DNA of 32,000 nt from Candidatus Methanoperedens sp. (GCA_027460535.1 JAPZAR010000022.1:1-32000); one strand, 5' to 3'. Shown: positions 17,728 to 26,712, counted from the stretch's first letter. The notes: generated from the letters alone by a model not told the origin. A program made the numbers and translations.

Positions 17728-17854
17728 TTCTCCCTCATAACAATTTTGTGGCTTCCTGATATTCCTGGAATTACCATAATTAAACTCCTTTTCACTTTTT
17801 TACGATTTTTAATCGATAATTAAATTAAATATTTAATAATTTCTTTCAGGCATA

Positions 17855-18616
17855 TCATATCTCAATTTTCGAAAACAGATAGCTTCCGATCACAAGGAAG
17901 AGCGCCGTAATGCCTGAAAGCACTGCAAAATCTGTTATAAAACCAAAGTGCATCTGACCAATGAGAGCCCCTCTTAAGCCGTCAACTCCGAATGTCAGGG
18001 GGTTCAGGCTTGCTATTGTGACAATCGAATCAGGAAGTCCTGCCAGAGGGAAGAGGGCCCCGGAAAGAAAAAAGATCGGCATCACCAGGAAATTCATGAT
18101 CATCTGGAAACCCTGCATGTCTTCAAGTAGCGATGCTATGGCCGTACCCATAGCTGTAAAGAGTAAAGCTGTCAGCACCATTACTAGAAAGGCTACAGGC
18201 AGGAACGCATTATTTGTTGGTCTGAATCCGACCGCTATTGATATAAGAAACACGATAATGCCCTGAAGCGTTGCCACCGTTGCGCCGCCAAGGGTTCTGC
18301 CTATCATGATATTGAACCGCGATACAGGAGCAACAAGCGTTTCTTTCAGGAATCCGAACTGCTTATCCCAAATGATCTCTATCCCTGAAAAGATCGCGGT
18401 AAAAAGAATGCTCATGGCAATAACTCCGGGAGCAAGGAATTCAAGGTAATTTCCCTGCCCTGCTTTCTGGAATATGGGACCGAACCCGTATCCCAGCGCG
18501 ACCAGGAAGAGAAGGGGCTGCCCGAGTGAGCCTATGATCCTTGAGCGTGAACGGACATATCGCTTGAGCTGCCTGAGCCAGAGTATGTAAATTGTTCTAA
18601 TCATTATTTGCTCCAC
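17855..18616 (-). CDS. ABC-2 type transporter permease
   Basis: Six-TM ABC-2 pattern: RTIYILWLRQLKRYVRSRSRIIGSLGQPLLFL at the start and a hydrophobic body. The likely true start is ATG at 18604, overlapping the ATPase stop (TAATG). Confidence 0.85.
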   Translation of the reverse strand: MEQIMIRTIYILWLRQLKRYVRSRSRIIGSLGQPLLFLVALGYGFGPIFQKAGQGNYLEFLAPGVIAMSILFTAIFSGIEIIWDKQFGFLKETLVAPVSRFNIMIGRTLGGATVATLQGIIVFLISIAVGFRPTNNAFLPVAFLVMVLTALLFTAMGTAIASLLEDMQGFQMIMNFLVMPIFFLSGALFPLAGLPDSIVTIASLNPLTFGVDGLRGALIGQMHFGFITDFAVLSGITALFLVIGSYLFSKIEI

Positions 18617-19419
18617 ATCTTGCGGTTCATCCGCATCTGGTCGATACTTCCTGCTTCTTCCTCGCGTATTTTTTTGCCTGTCAGGGAGAGAAATGCTTCT
18701 TCCAGCGACTTTGTACCTGTTTCTGTCATAAGACCTTCCGGGCTGCCTTCGGAAACGATTTTCCCGTGGTCTATGATTGCCACGCGGTCCGCAACGCGCT
18801 CCGCTTCATCCATATAATGTGTGGTGAAAAATACTGTAATACCCGCGGTTCCGTTTAGGTCTTTCAGGTATTTCCAGATGTGATTGCGTGTCTGCGGGTC
18901 AAGGCCTATGGTCGGTTCATCAAGGAACAATACCTGCGGCGTATGAAGAAGCCCCCTTGCAATTTCAAGTCTGCGCTTCATCCCTCCTGAAAAGTGTTTT
19001 ACAAGATCGTTTTTCCTGTCCCAGAGTTCTACGAAATTAAGAAGTTCTTCGATTCTTGCCCCTAATATTTTATCAGGCACCCTGTAAAGCACGCCGTGGA
19101 ATTCCATGTTTTCGTACGTGGTAAGCTCTTCGTCAAGGCTCTGGTCCTGGAATACAATCCCAAAAGAGCGCCTGACTGCATCCTGGTTCTTAATGGGGTC
19201 GTAGCCGTTCACGAGCATTGTCCCGGCAGTGGGGCGAAGAAGAGTTGTGAGCATCTTTATTGTGGTTGTTTTCCCGGCGCCGTTGGGTCCGAGGAATGCA
19301 AAGGTCTCCCCCCGTTTTACTGAAAAGGAAATATTGTCTACTGCTGTAAAGTTGCCGAACCTTTTTGTGAGATTCCTGACCTCTATTGAGTAATTATCTG
19401 TTTTTTCATTTTGGGGCAT
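18604..19419 (-). CDS. ABC transporter ATP-binding protein (DrrA/ABC-2 subfamily)
   Basis: Walker A GPNGAGKTTT, Q-loop, signature FSGGMKRRL, Walker B LFLDEPT, H-loop TTHYMDEA. Confidence 0.9.
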   Translation of the reverse strand: MPQNEKTDNYSIEVRNLTKRFGNFTAVDNISFSVKRGETFAFLGPNGAGKTTTIKMLTTLLRPTAGTMLVNGYDPIKNQDAVRRSFGIVFQDQSLDEELTTYENMEFHGVLYRVPDKILGARIEELLNFVELWDRKNDLVKHFSGGMKRRLEIARGLLHTPQVLFLDEPTIGLDPQTRNHIWKYLKDLNGTAGITVFFTTHYMDEAERVADRVAIIDHGKIVSEGSPEGLMTETGTKSLEEAFLSLTGKKIREEEAGSIDQMRMNRKMWSK

Positions 19420-20005
19420 ATCAATCTATATTGAATCGAATCATACGATAGTTCATTCGCATATTTAATATTTTGTGCGAAAAATCTGGGGCAGCCTCGC
19501 ATGGCGGGATTTAAACCAGCTACGCCGTGTTCATTGTTTTTTCCAGTGTTTTCTTCAGGTGTCGTGTTATTTTGGCTTTCTCTCTTGTGTTTCGAGGCAC
19601 GCATCAGAAAAAACGGAATTAAAATTTCCTTCAAACAATTTCTTTATCGTATTGATCTTTATTCTTTCCTAAATGTATTTCCATATGTGGATATTGCCAT
19701 AGCGTCAGGATAGTCTTGAGCCGCTTTAACGGCTTCGCAAGCCGGAGCCCGGTTTCTTCTATTTGTGGGCAGGGATGCCGTGTAGGCGATAGGCGTTTTT
19801 GTGCATCCCAATACTGACTAGAACCAAAATAACATTTTTCATCAGATTTCCAATTAAGATTATATCGACTATCTCGATTTTTTGAAGATAAGCCAATATC
19901 GTCAATAATAGGTTCTAAAAACAATTGAATCAAGAAAAACTACTTCGTGTAGATTCCTGCCATCAGTACTCATAGGGTTCATCATATTTCAGTAATGTGT
20001 TATCA

Positions 20006-20656
20006 TCATCGGCAGTTTTCAATCTCTCTGACTATTTTTTCGGCTTCAATTACAGGATCCCTGGAATTATATATGCTCCTCCCCACGATAACATAATCCG
20101 TCCCCGCCCTTATCGCATCGGCGGCGCTCCCTCCCTGCGCTCCCACGCCTGGTGAGATTATTGTCATATCTCCCACGATGCTGCGTATTACTTTCACTCT
20201 TTCAGGTCGCGTGGCCGGCGCCACCACACCGGAAGCATTACAATCAACCGCAAGCTGTGCAAGCGCATCAGATACAGGCGCCATGAAATCAAGAGCTCCG
20301 GGATGGCTCATTTCCGTTACGACGTATATCGAGCCATCAAATTCCCTGGCCGTCCTTACGCATTCCAAGAGGCTATCGCTTCCCGTAAACCCGTGTACGA
20401 TGACGGCGCTGGCTCCGGCATCGAATGCCTGGCTGCATATCAACCTTGCGGTATTCGGTATATCCGCTACCTTGAAATCCACGATTACGGGCACGATGTC
20501 CGAAATATCCTTGATTATATCAATCCCGGCGCCAAGAACAAGCGGATAACCTATTTTTACGGCATCTGTATAATTTGCCAGGTCTATGGATAAGGAGATT
20601 GCCCTGGCTTTATCCGCAATATCAAGGGCCAGTATGAGTTGTGTCTTTTTAAGCAT
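20006..20656 (-). CDS. pyrF: Orotidine 5'-phosphate decarboxylase
   Basis: LILALDI, DFKVADIPNT and the C-terminal IIVGRSIY motifs; 216 aa. Confidence 0.9.
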   Translation of the reverse strand: MLKKTQLILALDIADKARAISLSIDLANYTDAVKIGYPLVLGAGIDIIKDISDIVPVIVDFKVADIPNTARLICSQAFDAGASAVIVHGFTGSDSLLECVRTAREFDGSIYVVTEMSHPGALDFMAPVSDALAQLAVDCNASGVVAPATRPERVKVIRSIVGDMTIISPGVGAQGGSAADAIRAGTDYVIVGRSIYNSRDPVIEAEKIVREIENCR

Positions 20657-20657
20657 G

Positions 20658-21581
20658 TCAGCTCCCGCCTTTCGCAGCCGCCACGATTATCGGCAGCGTG
20701 ATCGTAGCGTCCGAATACACAGTCACAGCCCGTGCGTTCTCCCCGATTTTACCCCATGATCGCGCCTCATCGAGCGTTGCCCCTGACAATCCTCCGGTCT
20801 CAGGCCTGTCCATGGTAAGCTGTATAGCATAATCAAAAGATTTCGGAGTAACAAGCATAGATTGAAGGATGAAGTTCTTTGGCACGCCCCCGCCCACGAT
20901 CAGGACGCCTGTACGCTTTGCATCGTAACATCGGTCGATCAAACCTCTCATATCGGAAAAAACATCCACATTGAGCGGCTTTGTCTGCTTGTACAGCATG
21001 GCCTGCAGTCCTATTATCGAGTCCTGGATTGCGGGGCAGTACACCGGAATGCCCATATCGTATGCGCTTTTCAATATGGAATTATCGTCATCGAGTTTGC
21101 TCCCGATGTGAGAGAGCAGCTCGCTTATCGAGAGTCTTTCCGGAAGCTCTCGGAATATGGGCTGGAGTTTATCTTCAAGCTTTGCAAAATGGTCCTCGGG
21201 AATGAACACATCGTAAATGCGGTTGATTGAACAATGCTTCAGCTCAACATCATCTGTTAAATCGGTCCCCTTGTAGTGGTGAAGTCCAAGGGACTCGATG
21301 ATATCGTGGACAAGATTCGCCCCTGTGGTGACGAGGATATCTATGTCCCTGTCCCTTATAAGGTCGGTCACTATCTGCCTCATGCCAGCAGGGACCATAG
21401 CTCCCGCCAGGCCGAAGAATTTGGTGCATTCGCTGTCTTTCAGCATCTCCCTGTATATTTCCACGGCCTCGCAGAGCCGCCCTGCCCCGAAAGCACAGCC
21501 TGAGAAAGAGCCCATAAGCTGTTCTACGGTCATACCGGGTGTTATCTTCGCATGCCTGACAGGATGATTGAGTTTTTCCAT
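20658..21581 (-). CDS. dys: Deoxyhypusine synthase
   Basis: LVTTGANLVHD and VGGGVPKNF motifs; 307 aa. The stop lies 1 nt before the pyrF start. Confidence 0.9.
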   Translation of the reverse strand: MEKLNHPVRHAKITPGMTVEQLMGSFSGCAFGAGRLCEAVEIYREMLKDSECTKFFGLAGAMVPAGMRQIVTDLIRDRDIDILVTTGANLVHDIIESLGLHHYKGTDLTDDVELKHCSINRIYDVFIPEDHFAKLEDKLQPIFRELPERLSISELLSHIGSKLDDDNSILKSAYDMGIPVYCPAIQDSIIGLQAMLYKQTKPLNVDVFSDMRGLIDRCYDAKRTGVLIVGGGVPKNFILQSMLVTPKSFDYAIQLTMDRPETGGLSGATLDEARSWGKIGENARAVTVYSDATITLPIIVAAAKGGS

Positions 21582-21587
21582 ATCTTA

Positions 21588-22955
21588 TTATCTAAAACAC
21601 TTTACACAGGATAAAATAATATCTTTATCACGCGTTACTCTTTTTGCCAGCTCGATCCCTTCAGATAGACTAGTAGCATATTGAATTTTTGCTGCATTGT
21701 CCAGAGCGAGCGGCCGCATTCTTTCACCGACAAGGACCAGGGCATAAAGTTCATCGAGGTGCATGTCGATAAATTTCCTGACACCGGAAGGATCAAGCCC
21801 TTCACATACCTCCTTTGCCTCTTCCCCAAGCACCATGACGATTTTGCCACCCGGAGCCTTCGAGTATTGCAGAGCGCTCTCAGCAACCCGGATATTCATG
21901 CCTGAGTTCGAGTTATCTATTAGCGTCCTCCCGCAAAAGGCCGTTTTTCTCATTCGGCCTTCCACCCCCCTGAATTCCTGGAGAGTGTGCTCTATTGTTT
22001 CGGCATCCACATCCATTGCAAGGGCGGCCGCTGTTGCACACACAAATGCCGTCCTGTAAGAACCTATGTCATAATTCGGGTTTTCATGGATGCTAATCCT
22101 GGCCTGTCTTTTGTTCAAATAGCTGGCTATTTTTACACCTTTATTACTTATATCTTCATAGTAAACATTGCATGCGGCATTAACGGAATCAGAGAATGAA
22201 ATAACATTGACATCCCTCCTGCACGCCCCGAAAGACCTCAGTGCATAATAATTAATTACGAGGGAACTCCCGGGTCTTGCATTAAGTATCATCTGGCGCT
22301 TTGCATCGCTTGCGAGCTTTGTATTGTTGGCGATCATGTAATCACCGGAAATTGTGGTTATGACACCTATGTCTGCACATCCTGTTCCACCCAGGGATAT
22401 CTCGAATATGAGAACATCAGCGTCTATACCCGCCTCATCAATAGCATCCATTGCGGTCAATATACTTGCCGGCGTTATGCTCAACCCTGTCTTTATTGTC
22501 TTTTTCGTACTCCAGTCTTCCACACCGCGGCTTGTGTGAGACACAACTTTTCTATCACGGGATAAGACCTCAGCGAGCAGCAGCGAAGTGCTTGTCTTGG
22601 CTTTAGTACCCGTGATCTCGATTATGGTCTTGTCCTCCAGGTTGATGTGCGATAATATCTCTCCCACCGCTGCGTGATGCGATATAATGGGAATATTGTT
22701 ATTTTCCGCATCCGCGAGCATGGGATAACCGGGATCGAGGTGGACAGGGGCTACGATCACATCAAAGTCATCCAAATTGACGGGCATCTGTGAGGTATTG
22801 ATACCTTCCTTTTCCAGCCCTTCCGAATCCTCAAGGCTCAGGGTTTTATATACATCTATCCCGGTCACGTGCGCCGCGATCTTCTTCAACTTTCGGGCCA
22901 ATACCATGCCGCCGTGGGTCAGGTCAAGCACGGCAACCCGGGAGTTCGTAAGCAT
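21588..22955 (-). CDS. cfbE: Mur-ligase-family protein, probable coenzyme F430 synthetase
   Basis: Mur-ligase P-loop-like ITGTKAKTSTS and N-terminal VAVLDLTHGG. It is translationally coupled (TGATG overlap) to the small CbiX/CfbA chelatase gene. Assignment rests on family and context, not on a search. Confidence 0.6.
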   Translation of the reverse strand: MLTNSRVAVLDLTHGGMVLARKLKKIAAHVTGIDVYKTLSLEDSEGLEKEGINTSQMPVNLDDFDVIVAPVHLDPGYPMLADAENNNIPIISHHAAVGEILSHINLEDKTIIEITGTKAKTSTSLLLAEVLSRDRKVVSHTSRGVEDWSTKKTIKTGLSITPASILTAMDAIDEAGIDADVLIFEISLGGTGCADIGVITTISGDYMIANNTKLASDAKRQMILNARPGSSLVINYYALRSFGACRRDVNVISFSDSVNAACNVYYEDISNKGVKIASYLNKRQARISIHENPNYDIGSYRTAFVCATAAALAMDVDAETIEHTLQEFRGVEGRMRKTAFCGRTLIDNSNSGMNIRVAESALQYSKAPGGKIVMVLGEEAKEVCEGLDPSGVRKFIDMHLDELYALVLVGERMRPLALDNAAKIQYATSLSEGIELAKRVTRDKDIILSCVKCFR

Positions 22956-23359
22956 CAGTTTGATGCAAGGGCTTCTTTTGCCCTCTTGAAAGCCAGCTCA
23001 GCAACCAGTTCGTCTGCTCCCAGCGGCTCTGAATAAATGAGCGTCACGTCCCTGCCGTCAAGCTTTATCATTGTTTTCCTTGAATCCCTGCTTATACCCA
23101 GTATCTGCGGTATGTCCTCCATCGTGTGGACACCGTGCGCCAGGAAAATCGGTACGGCCACTATCGTGGAGACCCCTGTACCCCTGAAGGCATCCAGCCC
23201 CTCTTTCATGGTCGGGGTATTCATGTTCATAAAACCTGTTCGAACCACCAGGTTCTTGTATTTCCTGCCGATCAGTTCTGCTACCCCGGTGACAACTTCT
23301 TTGTTATGGGGGTGTTTACTTCCATGTCCGAGTGCCAGTATTCCGATCTTCTCGCTCAT
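22955..23359 (-). CDS. cfbA: Small-type CbiX sirohydrochlorin chelatase (CfbA nickel/cobalt chelatase)
   Basis: 134 aa with GILALGHGSKHPHNKE and PIFLAHGVHT motifs, typical of CbiX(S). Confidence 0.8.
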   Translation of the reverse strand: MSEKIGILALGHGSKHPHNKEVVTGVAELIGRKYKNLVVRTGFMNMNTPTMKEGLDAFRGTGVSTIVAVPIFLAHGVHTMEDIPQILGISRDSRKTMIKLDGRDVTLIYSEPLGADELVAELAFKRAKEALASN

Positions 23360-23553
23360 AAAAATCCTCGCTTAATCGTGATAATTCCGTGATTCTAATA
23401 GCTATTGGCTATAATAACACTTTTGTTTCCAAAATACTGCTTCAAGGAATCGACTTTCTTGAAAAAGTATAAATACTAACCAGTAAATATAAAAACATAA
23501 TAAATTCTTTAGAAGGGAATTTAAATACTGAGGGCGATACAGAGGATGAGTAA

Positions 23554-24336
23554 ATGAGTTTTGGGCTTTTATTGAATGCGATCGTTTGCTTCGCTATTGT
23601 GCTTGCAACTTTTGGTTTCACGGTCAACCTCCATCAAAATAAAAAGAACCAGAAAGAGGAGAGCATACCTACTGTCAACGCCCTCATGGTGTTCTGGTCG
23701 CTCGTGGGATTGTTTTTCTTGTTCGCAGGTTTAAGAACGCTCGCAGCGTACGGGGATTTCAAAGAAATAGAAACGATCCTCTATTATATCGGTTCGGTCC
23801 CGTTTGTGATCGTTACAGTACCCCTGGTGTATTTTATCATATATGTCATCCTGGGGGATAACCGCATCAGCATCGGAGTATCGACTGTGTTCCTTATCTT
23901 CGGGGCGATATACCTTATCGCCCTGTTCGGTTTCGGGATAATCGGCCCAAATACCGAGGAATGGGGTTCCACATTCGAAGTCAATAGCGACATAGCGATC
24001 AATGTCTATCTCTCAGGATTGTTTATCGTTCCGACAAGCATGATCATGGGTCTCTTGCTCCTTATACTGCTCAGGCAGATCCCAAGGAAGCTCCAGAACA
24101 GGATCGCTTTTTTGTTGGTTGCTATTTCCCTGATATTTGATTTCATGCTTCTGGATAATATAGCGCCCAGTGGCCAAACCCAGATGGCTGCGAGGATTTT
24201 CGTGTTCATTGGCGTTGTTCTTGGTTTCTTTGTCTACTTTACACCCATGAACCTAGACCAGAAACTTGATTTGATGGAAAACAGATTGGGTCTATCTCAG
24301 ACTGAGATTGAGGACTTTGAGGATAATGAAGAGTGA
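23554..24336 (+). CDS. Hypothetical 7-TM membrane protein with an acidic C-terminal tail
   Basis: 260 aa with about seven hydrophobic helices and the tail LSQTEIEDFEDNEE. The next ORF starts 7 nt downstream. Confidence 0.6.
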   Translation: MSFGLLLNAIVCFAIVLATFGFTVNLHQNKKNQKEESIPTVNALMVFWSLVGLFFLFAGLRTLAAYGDFKEIETILYYIGSVPFVIVTVPLVYFIIYVILGDNRISIGVSTVFLIFGAIYLIALFGFGIIGPNTEEWGSTFEVNSDIAINVYLSGLFIVPTSMIMGLLLLILLRQIPRKLQNRIAFLLVAISLIFDFMLLDNIAPSGQTQMAARIFVFIGVVLGFFVYFTPMNLDQKLDLMENRLGLSQTEIEDFEDNEE

Positions 24337-24342
24337 GGGACT

Positions 24343-24705
24343 ATGCACATTGATATTGAATTTGAAAAGGAAGTGGCAAACTTCTATCAATCAATGGGAA
24401 TGAACACAGGTCCGGGGGATATTCAGTACAGGTTGATATTGCTTGTCCTTGCAGAAAATGGCGAGGAGAAAGTTACCAGGTTCTCCGATATGAGAGAATA
24501 TACTGACAAGGTGGCGGACAGGGGAAGCATAGGCAGCAAGTTGAAGGGCATTTTCCAGCTTGAGGGACTGGCTTTGAAAGTCGGCCACGGGGGGTATGTA
24601 ATAACCCATAAAGGTTTGCTGGCGGCGGATTTTATCCAATCCACCTCACAGTACTATAAGAAGGTCAAGGTTACTGAGAAGATCATCGACAGGATTCCGT
24701 ATTGA
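24343..24705 (+). CDS. Hypothetical small protein, possible winged-helix DNA-binding protein
   Basis: 120 aa. YRLILLVLAENGEEKVTRFSDMREYT...LEGLALKVGHGGYVITHKGLLAADFI has a wHTH-like layout (helix, recognition helix, beta wing). It lies directly upstream of the archaellin promoter. Confidence 0.45.
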   Translation: MHIDIEFEKEVANFYQSMGMNTGPGDIQYRLILLVLAENGEEKVTRFSDMREYTDKVADRGSIGSKLKGIFQLEGLALKVGHGGYVITHKGLLAADFIQSTSQYYKKVKVTEKIIDRIPY

Positions 24706-24802
24706 ACTTTGAATTTGTCATTGCCTTTTTCGAGAGCGGAGTAAATTAAAAGATTCATATTTATGTTATTCTGTTGGCTGTTAAAGATTTACAACCATTA
24801 AC

Positions 24803-24816
24803 TATATATATAAAAA
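24803..24816 (+). promoter_or_regulatory. TATA box of the archaellin promoter
   Basis: TATATATATAAAAA lies 56-69 nt upstream of the flaB ATG. The GGAGG ribosome-binding site is at 24860-24864. Confidence 0.5.
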
Positions 24817-24833
24817 CTCCCATAAGATATTAT

Positions 24834-24852
24834 TATACTCATGATGAGTATA
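24834..24852. promoter_or_regulatory. 19-bp perfect palindrome TATACTCAT-G-ATGAGTATA in the flaB leader
   Basis: Arms 24834-24842 and 24844-24852 are exact reverse complements. The element sits between the TATA box and the SD sequence, about where transcription should start. Confidence 0.45.
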
Positions 24853-24871
24853 AGAAAATGGAGGAAACCAT

Positions 24872-25465
24872 ATGAAGGCGTTATCAAAGAATGAACAGGC
24901 ACAGGCGGGCGTCGGCACGCTCATCATATTCATAGCAATGGTGCTGGTGGCTGCCGTCGCTGCTGCCGTGCTTATCCAGACATCAGGTACGATGCAGTCC
25001 AAGAGTACATCAACCACAAAGGAGGCTGCAGCGGCAATCGGAGAAAATATCAATGTGGAATCTATCGATGGAGTTGCTGCCGCTGCTGGTACATTAAATG
25101 GTATTAACATTACAATAAGACCTGCAGCAGGTAGTTCGCAGATTGACTTAAGCAAGGTTTTGTTAAAAATGGGCACAAACCCCTATAGCTATAGCAATAC
25201 TACAATATCAGGAAGCACGTTCAGAGTGTTTTCATTAAGGGATCCAAGCAACCTTACCGCTACTACAATCAATACTTACAGCGGTTCATCCAGTCCGGCG
25301 CTTGGAACTGGCGCGTTAGTGAGACTCGATGCCGATGTCTCAGGTTTGAACCTTGTATCGAAGGCGAGTGTAACACTTACACTGACCCCAGAAAAAGGCA
25401 ATTCGTTCAACCTGCAATTGACACTTCCAGCGATTGCCGCAGGTAGCAATTCGATATACCCCTAA
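24872..25465 (+). CDS. flaB: Archaellin (archaeal flagellin FlaB/ArlB)
   Basis: Class III signal peptide and archaellin N-terminus: MKALSKNEQAQAG/VGTLIIFIAMVLVAAVAAAVLIQTSG. 197 aa, with a GGAGG ribosome-binding site. Confidence 0.9.
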   Translation: MKALSKNEQAQAGVGTLIIFIAMVLVAAVAAAVLIQTSGTMQSKSTSTTKEAAAAIGENINVESIDGVAAAAGTLNGINITIRPAAGSSQIDLSKVLLKMGTNPYSYSNTTISGSTFRVFSLRDPSNLTATTINTYSGSSSPALGTGALVRLDADVSGLNLVSKASVTLTLTPEKGNSFNLQLTLPAIAAGSNSIYP

Positions 25466-25477
25466 AGTATATCGAAC

Positions 25478-25486
25478 TTTTTTTTT
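25478..25486 (+). terminator. Oligo-T (T9) archaeal terminator after flaB
   Basis: A run of nine T begins 13 nt after the flaB stop codon. Confidence 0.5.
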
Positions 25487-25617
25487 AATCCCGGTATTTT
25501 AAAAATATTGTATAACAGGATAGCACCAATTGAAACGGTCACTTCTTATAATAATCTTTAAGTCAAAGTATGCAGATATAATAATAATATAACTAATTAT
25601 CAATAAGGCATTGGATT

Positions 25618-26670
25618 ATGGGCTCGGAAACTTCGGTTGTGGTCGCATTGTTCTTTCTTGGTTTTCTGGTCGTATCTGCCGCAGTATACTCATCTGGTGA
25701 TTATTCTAACAATCTTGTAAAAAAAGCGCAGTATGACCATGATACCATGAAAAACTCCAAGATGCAGACAGATATCAAGATAACAAATGTCTCATTCTCG
25801 AATTTCTCTGGAAATGTCTCTCTGAATGTTACACTTAAAAACACAGGCAAGACCACGCTAAATGCAAGCCTGCTGGAGATCTTTGTTAACGGTATATATT
25901 ATGATTCCTCCTACTGCATGTCAAAAATAAATTGGAATACATGGGTTTCAGAACAAACCACGAACATAATTTTTTCCAGAACGCCAAATATCTGGATAGA
26001 TAACACATCAAGCACTTTAATCGCAACTGGTTCTTCGATTACATGGTCGCACACCGTCAGGTCGGTGTCGAACTCATTGTTGGTAGTCGGGGTCGATATT
26101 GATAAGAGTGGTGCATCAGTCACGAGAATTACTTATGCCGGGGTTCCTTTGACAAGAGCAGCGTATTCTGTGGTGACCACTGGTGATGCGGTGAGAGCAG
26201 AATTGTGGTATCTGGCAAATCCTACGGCTGGAAACAACAATATAGTAGTGAATCTTAGCATGACAGCACAAGCAGCAGTAGCAGGAGCCGTATCCTTTTC
26301 AGGCGTGGACCAGACAAACCCGATTCCTACAACAGGGACAAATAATGGCTCAAATAACAATGCAATCACCTCAATAACAACGGCTAATGCCAATGCCTGG
26401 ATTATCGATACGGTAGTACGGGACAATACAGGTGTAAAGGCTGCAACAAGCCCTCAGGTGGAAAGATGGAATATAGCAACAGGCGTCAGCGGAGGCGGAA
26501 GCACAAAAAACACCAGCACTCCAGGATCTCAAGCAATGAGCTGGAGCGGCACCTCAGGGTGGGCGCAGGTTGTAGCAGAAATAAAGCCAGCCATATGTAA
26601 TACGCCCACGAACGGTCGGGTAAAAGTTGTAACAGAGAACGGGATATGGGATTATGCGATTGCATCTTAG
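25618..26670 (+). CDS. FlaF-like archaellum protein carrying a ~205-aa internal insertion
   Basis: The N-terminus MGSETSVVVALFFLGFLVVSAAVYSSGDYSNNL and C-terminus GRVKVVTENGIWDYAIAS are collinear with the 146-aa FlaF at 26849-27289. Residues ~124-328 (nt ~25987-26601) have no counterpart there. Confidence 0.7.
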   Translation: MGSETSVVVALFFLGFLVVSAAVYSSGDYSNNLVKKAQYDHDTMKNSKMQTDIKITNVSFSNFSGNVSLNVTLKNTGKTTLNASLLEIFVNGIYYDSSYCMSKINWNTWVSEQTTNIIFSRTPNIWIDNTSSTLIATGSSITWSHTVRSVSNSLLVVGVDIDKSGASVTRITYAGVPLTRAAYSVVTTGDAVRAELWYLANPTAGNNNIVVNLSMTAQAAVAGAVSFSGVDQTNPIPTTGTNNGSNNNAITSITTANANAWIIDTVVRDNTGVKAATSPQVERWNIATGVSGGGSTKNTSTPGSQAMSWSGTSGWAQVVAEIKPAICNTPTNGRVKVVTENGIWDYAIAS

Positions 26671-26712
26671 TTGATAAATGGGATATTGATTTCATACAGG
26701 ATGTTATATGGC

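Noticed and set aside
17824-17837. 14-bp perfect palindrome ATTAAATATTTAAT upstream of the DUF362 gene
   Set aside because: It is pure A/T sequence in an AT-rich promoter region. Such palindromes arise easily by chance and probably just reflect a TATA/BRE-like context.
20178-21567. Several 70-125-aa plus-strand ORFs over pyrF and dys
   Set aside because: All lie antisense to genes with diagnostic motifs and are shadow frames of GC-richer coding sequence.
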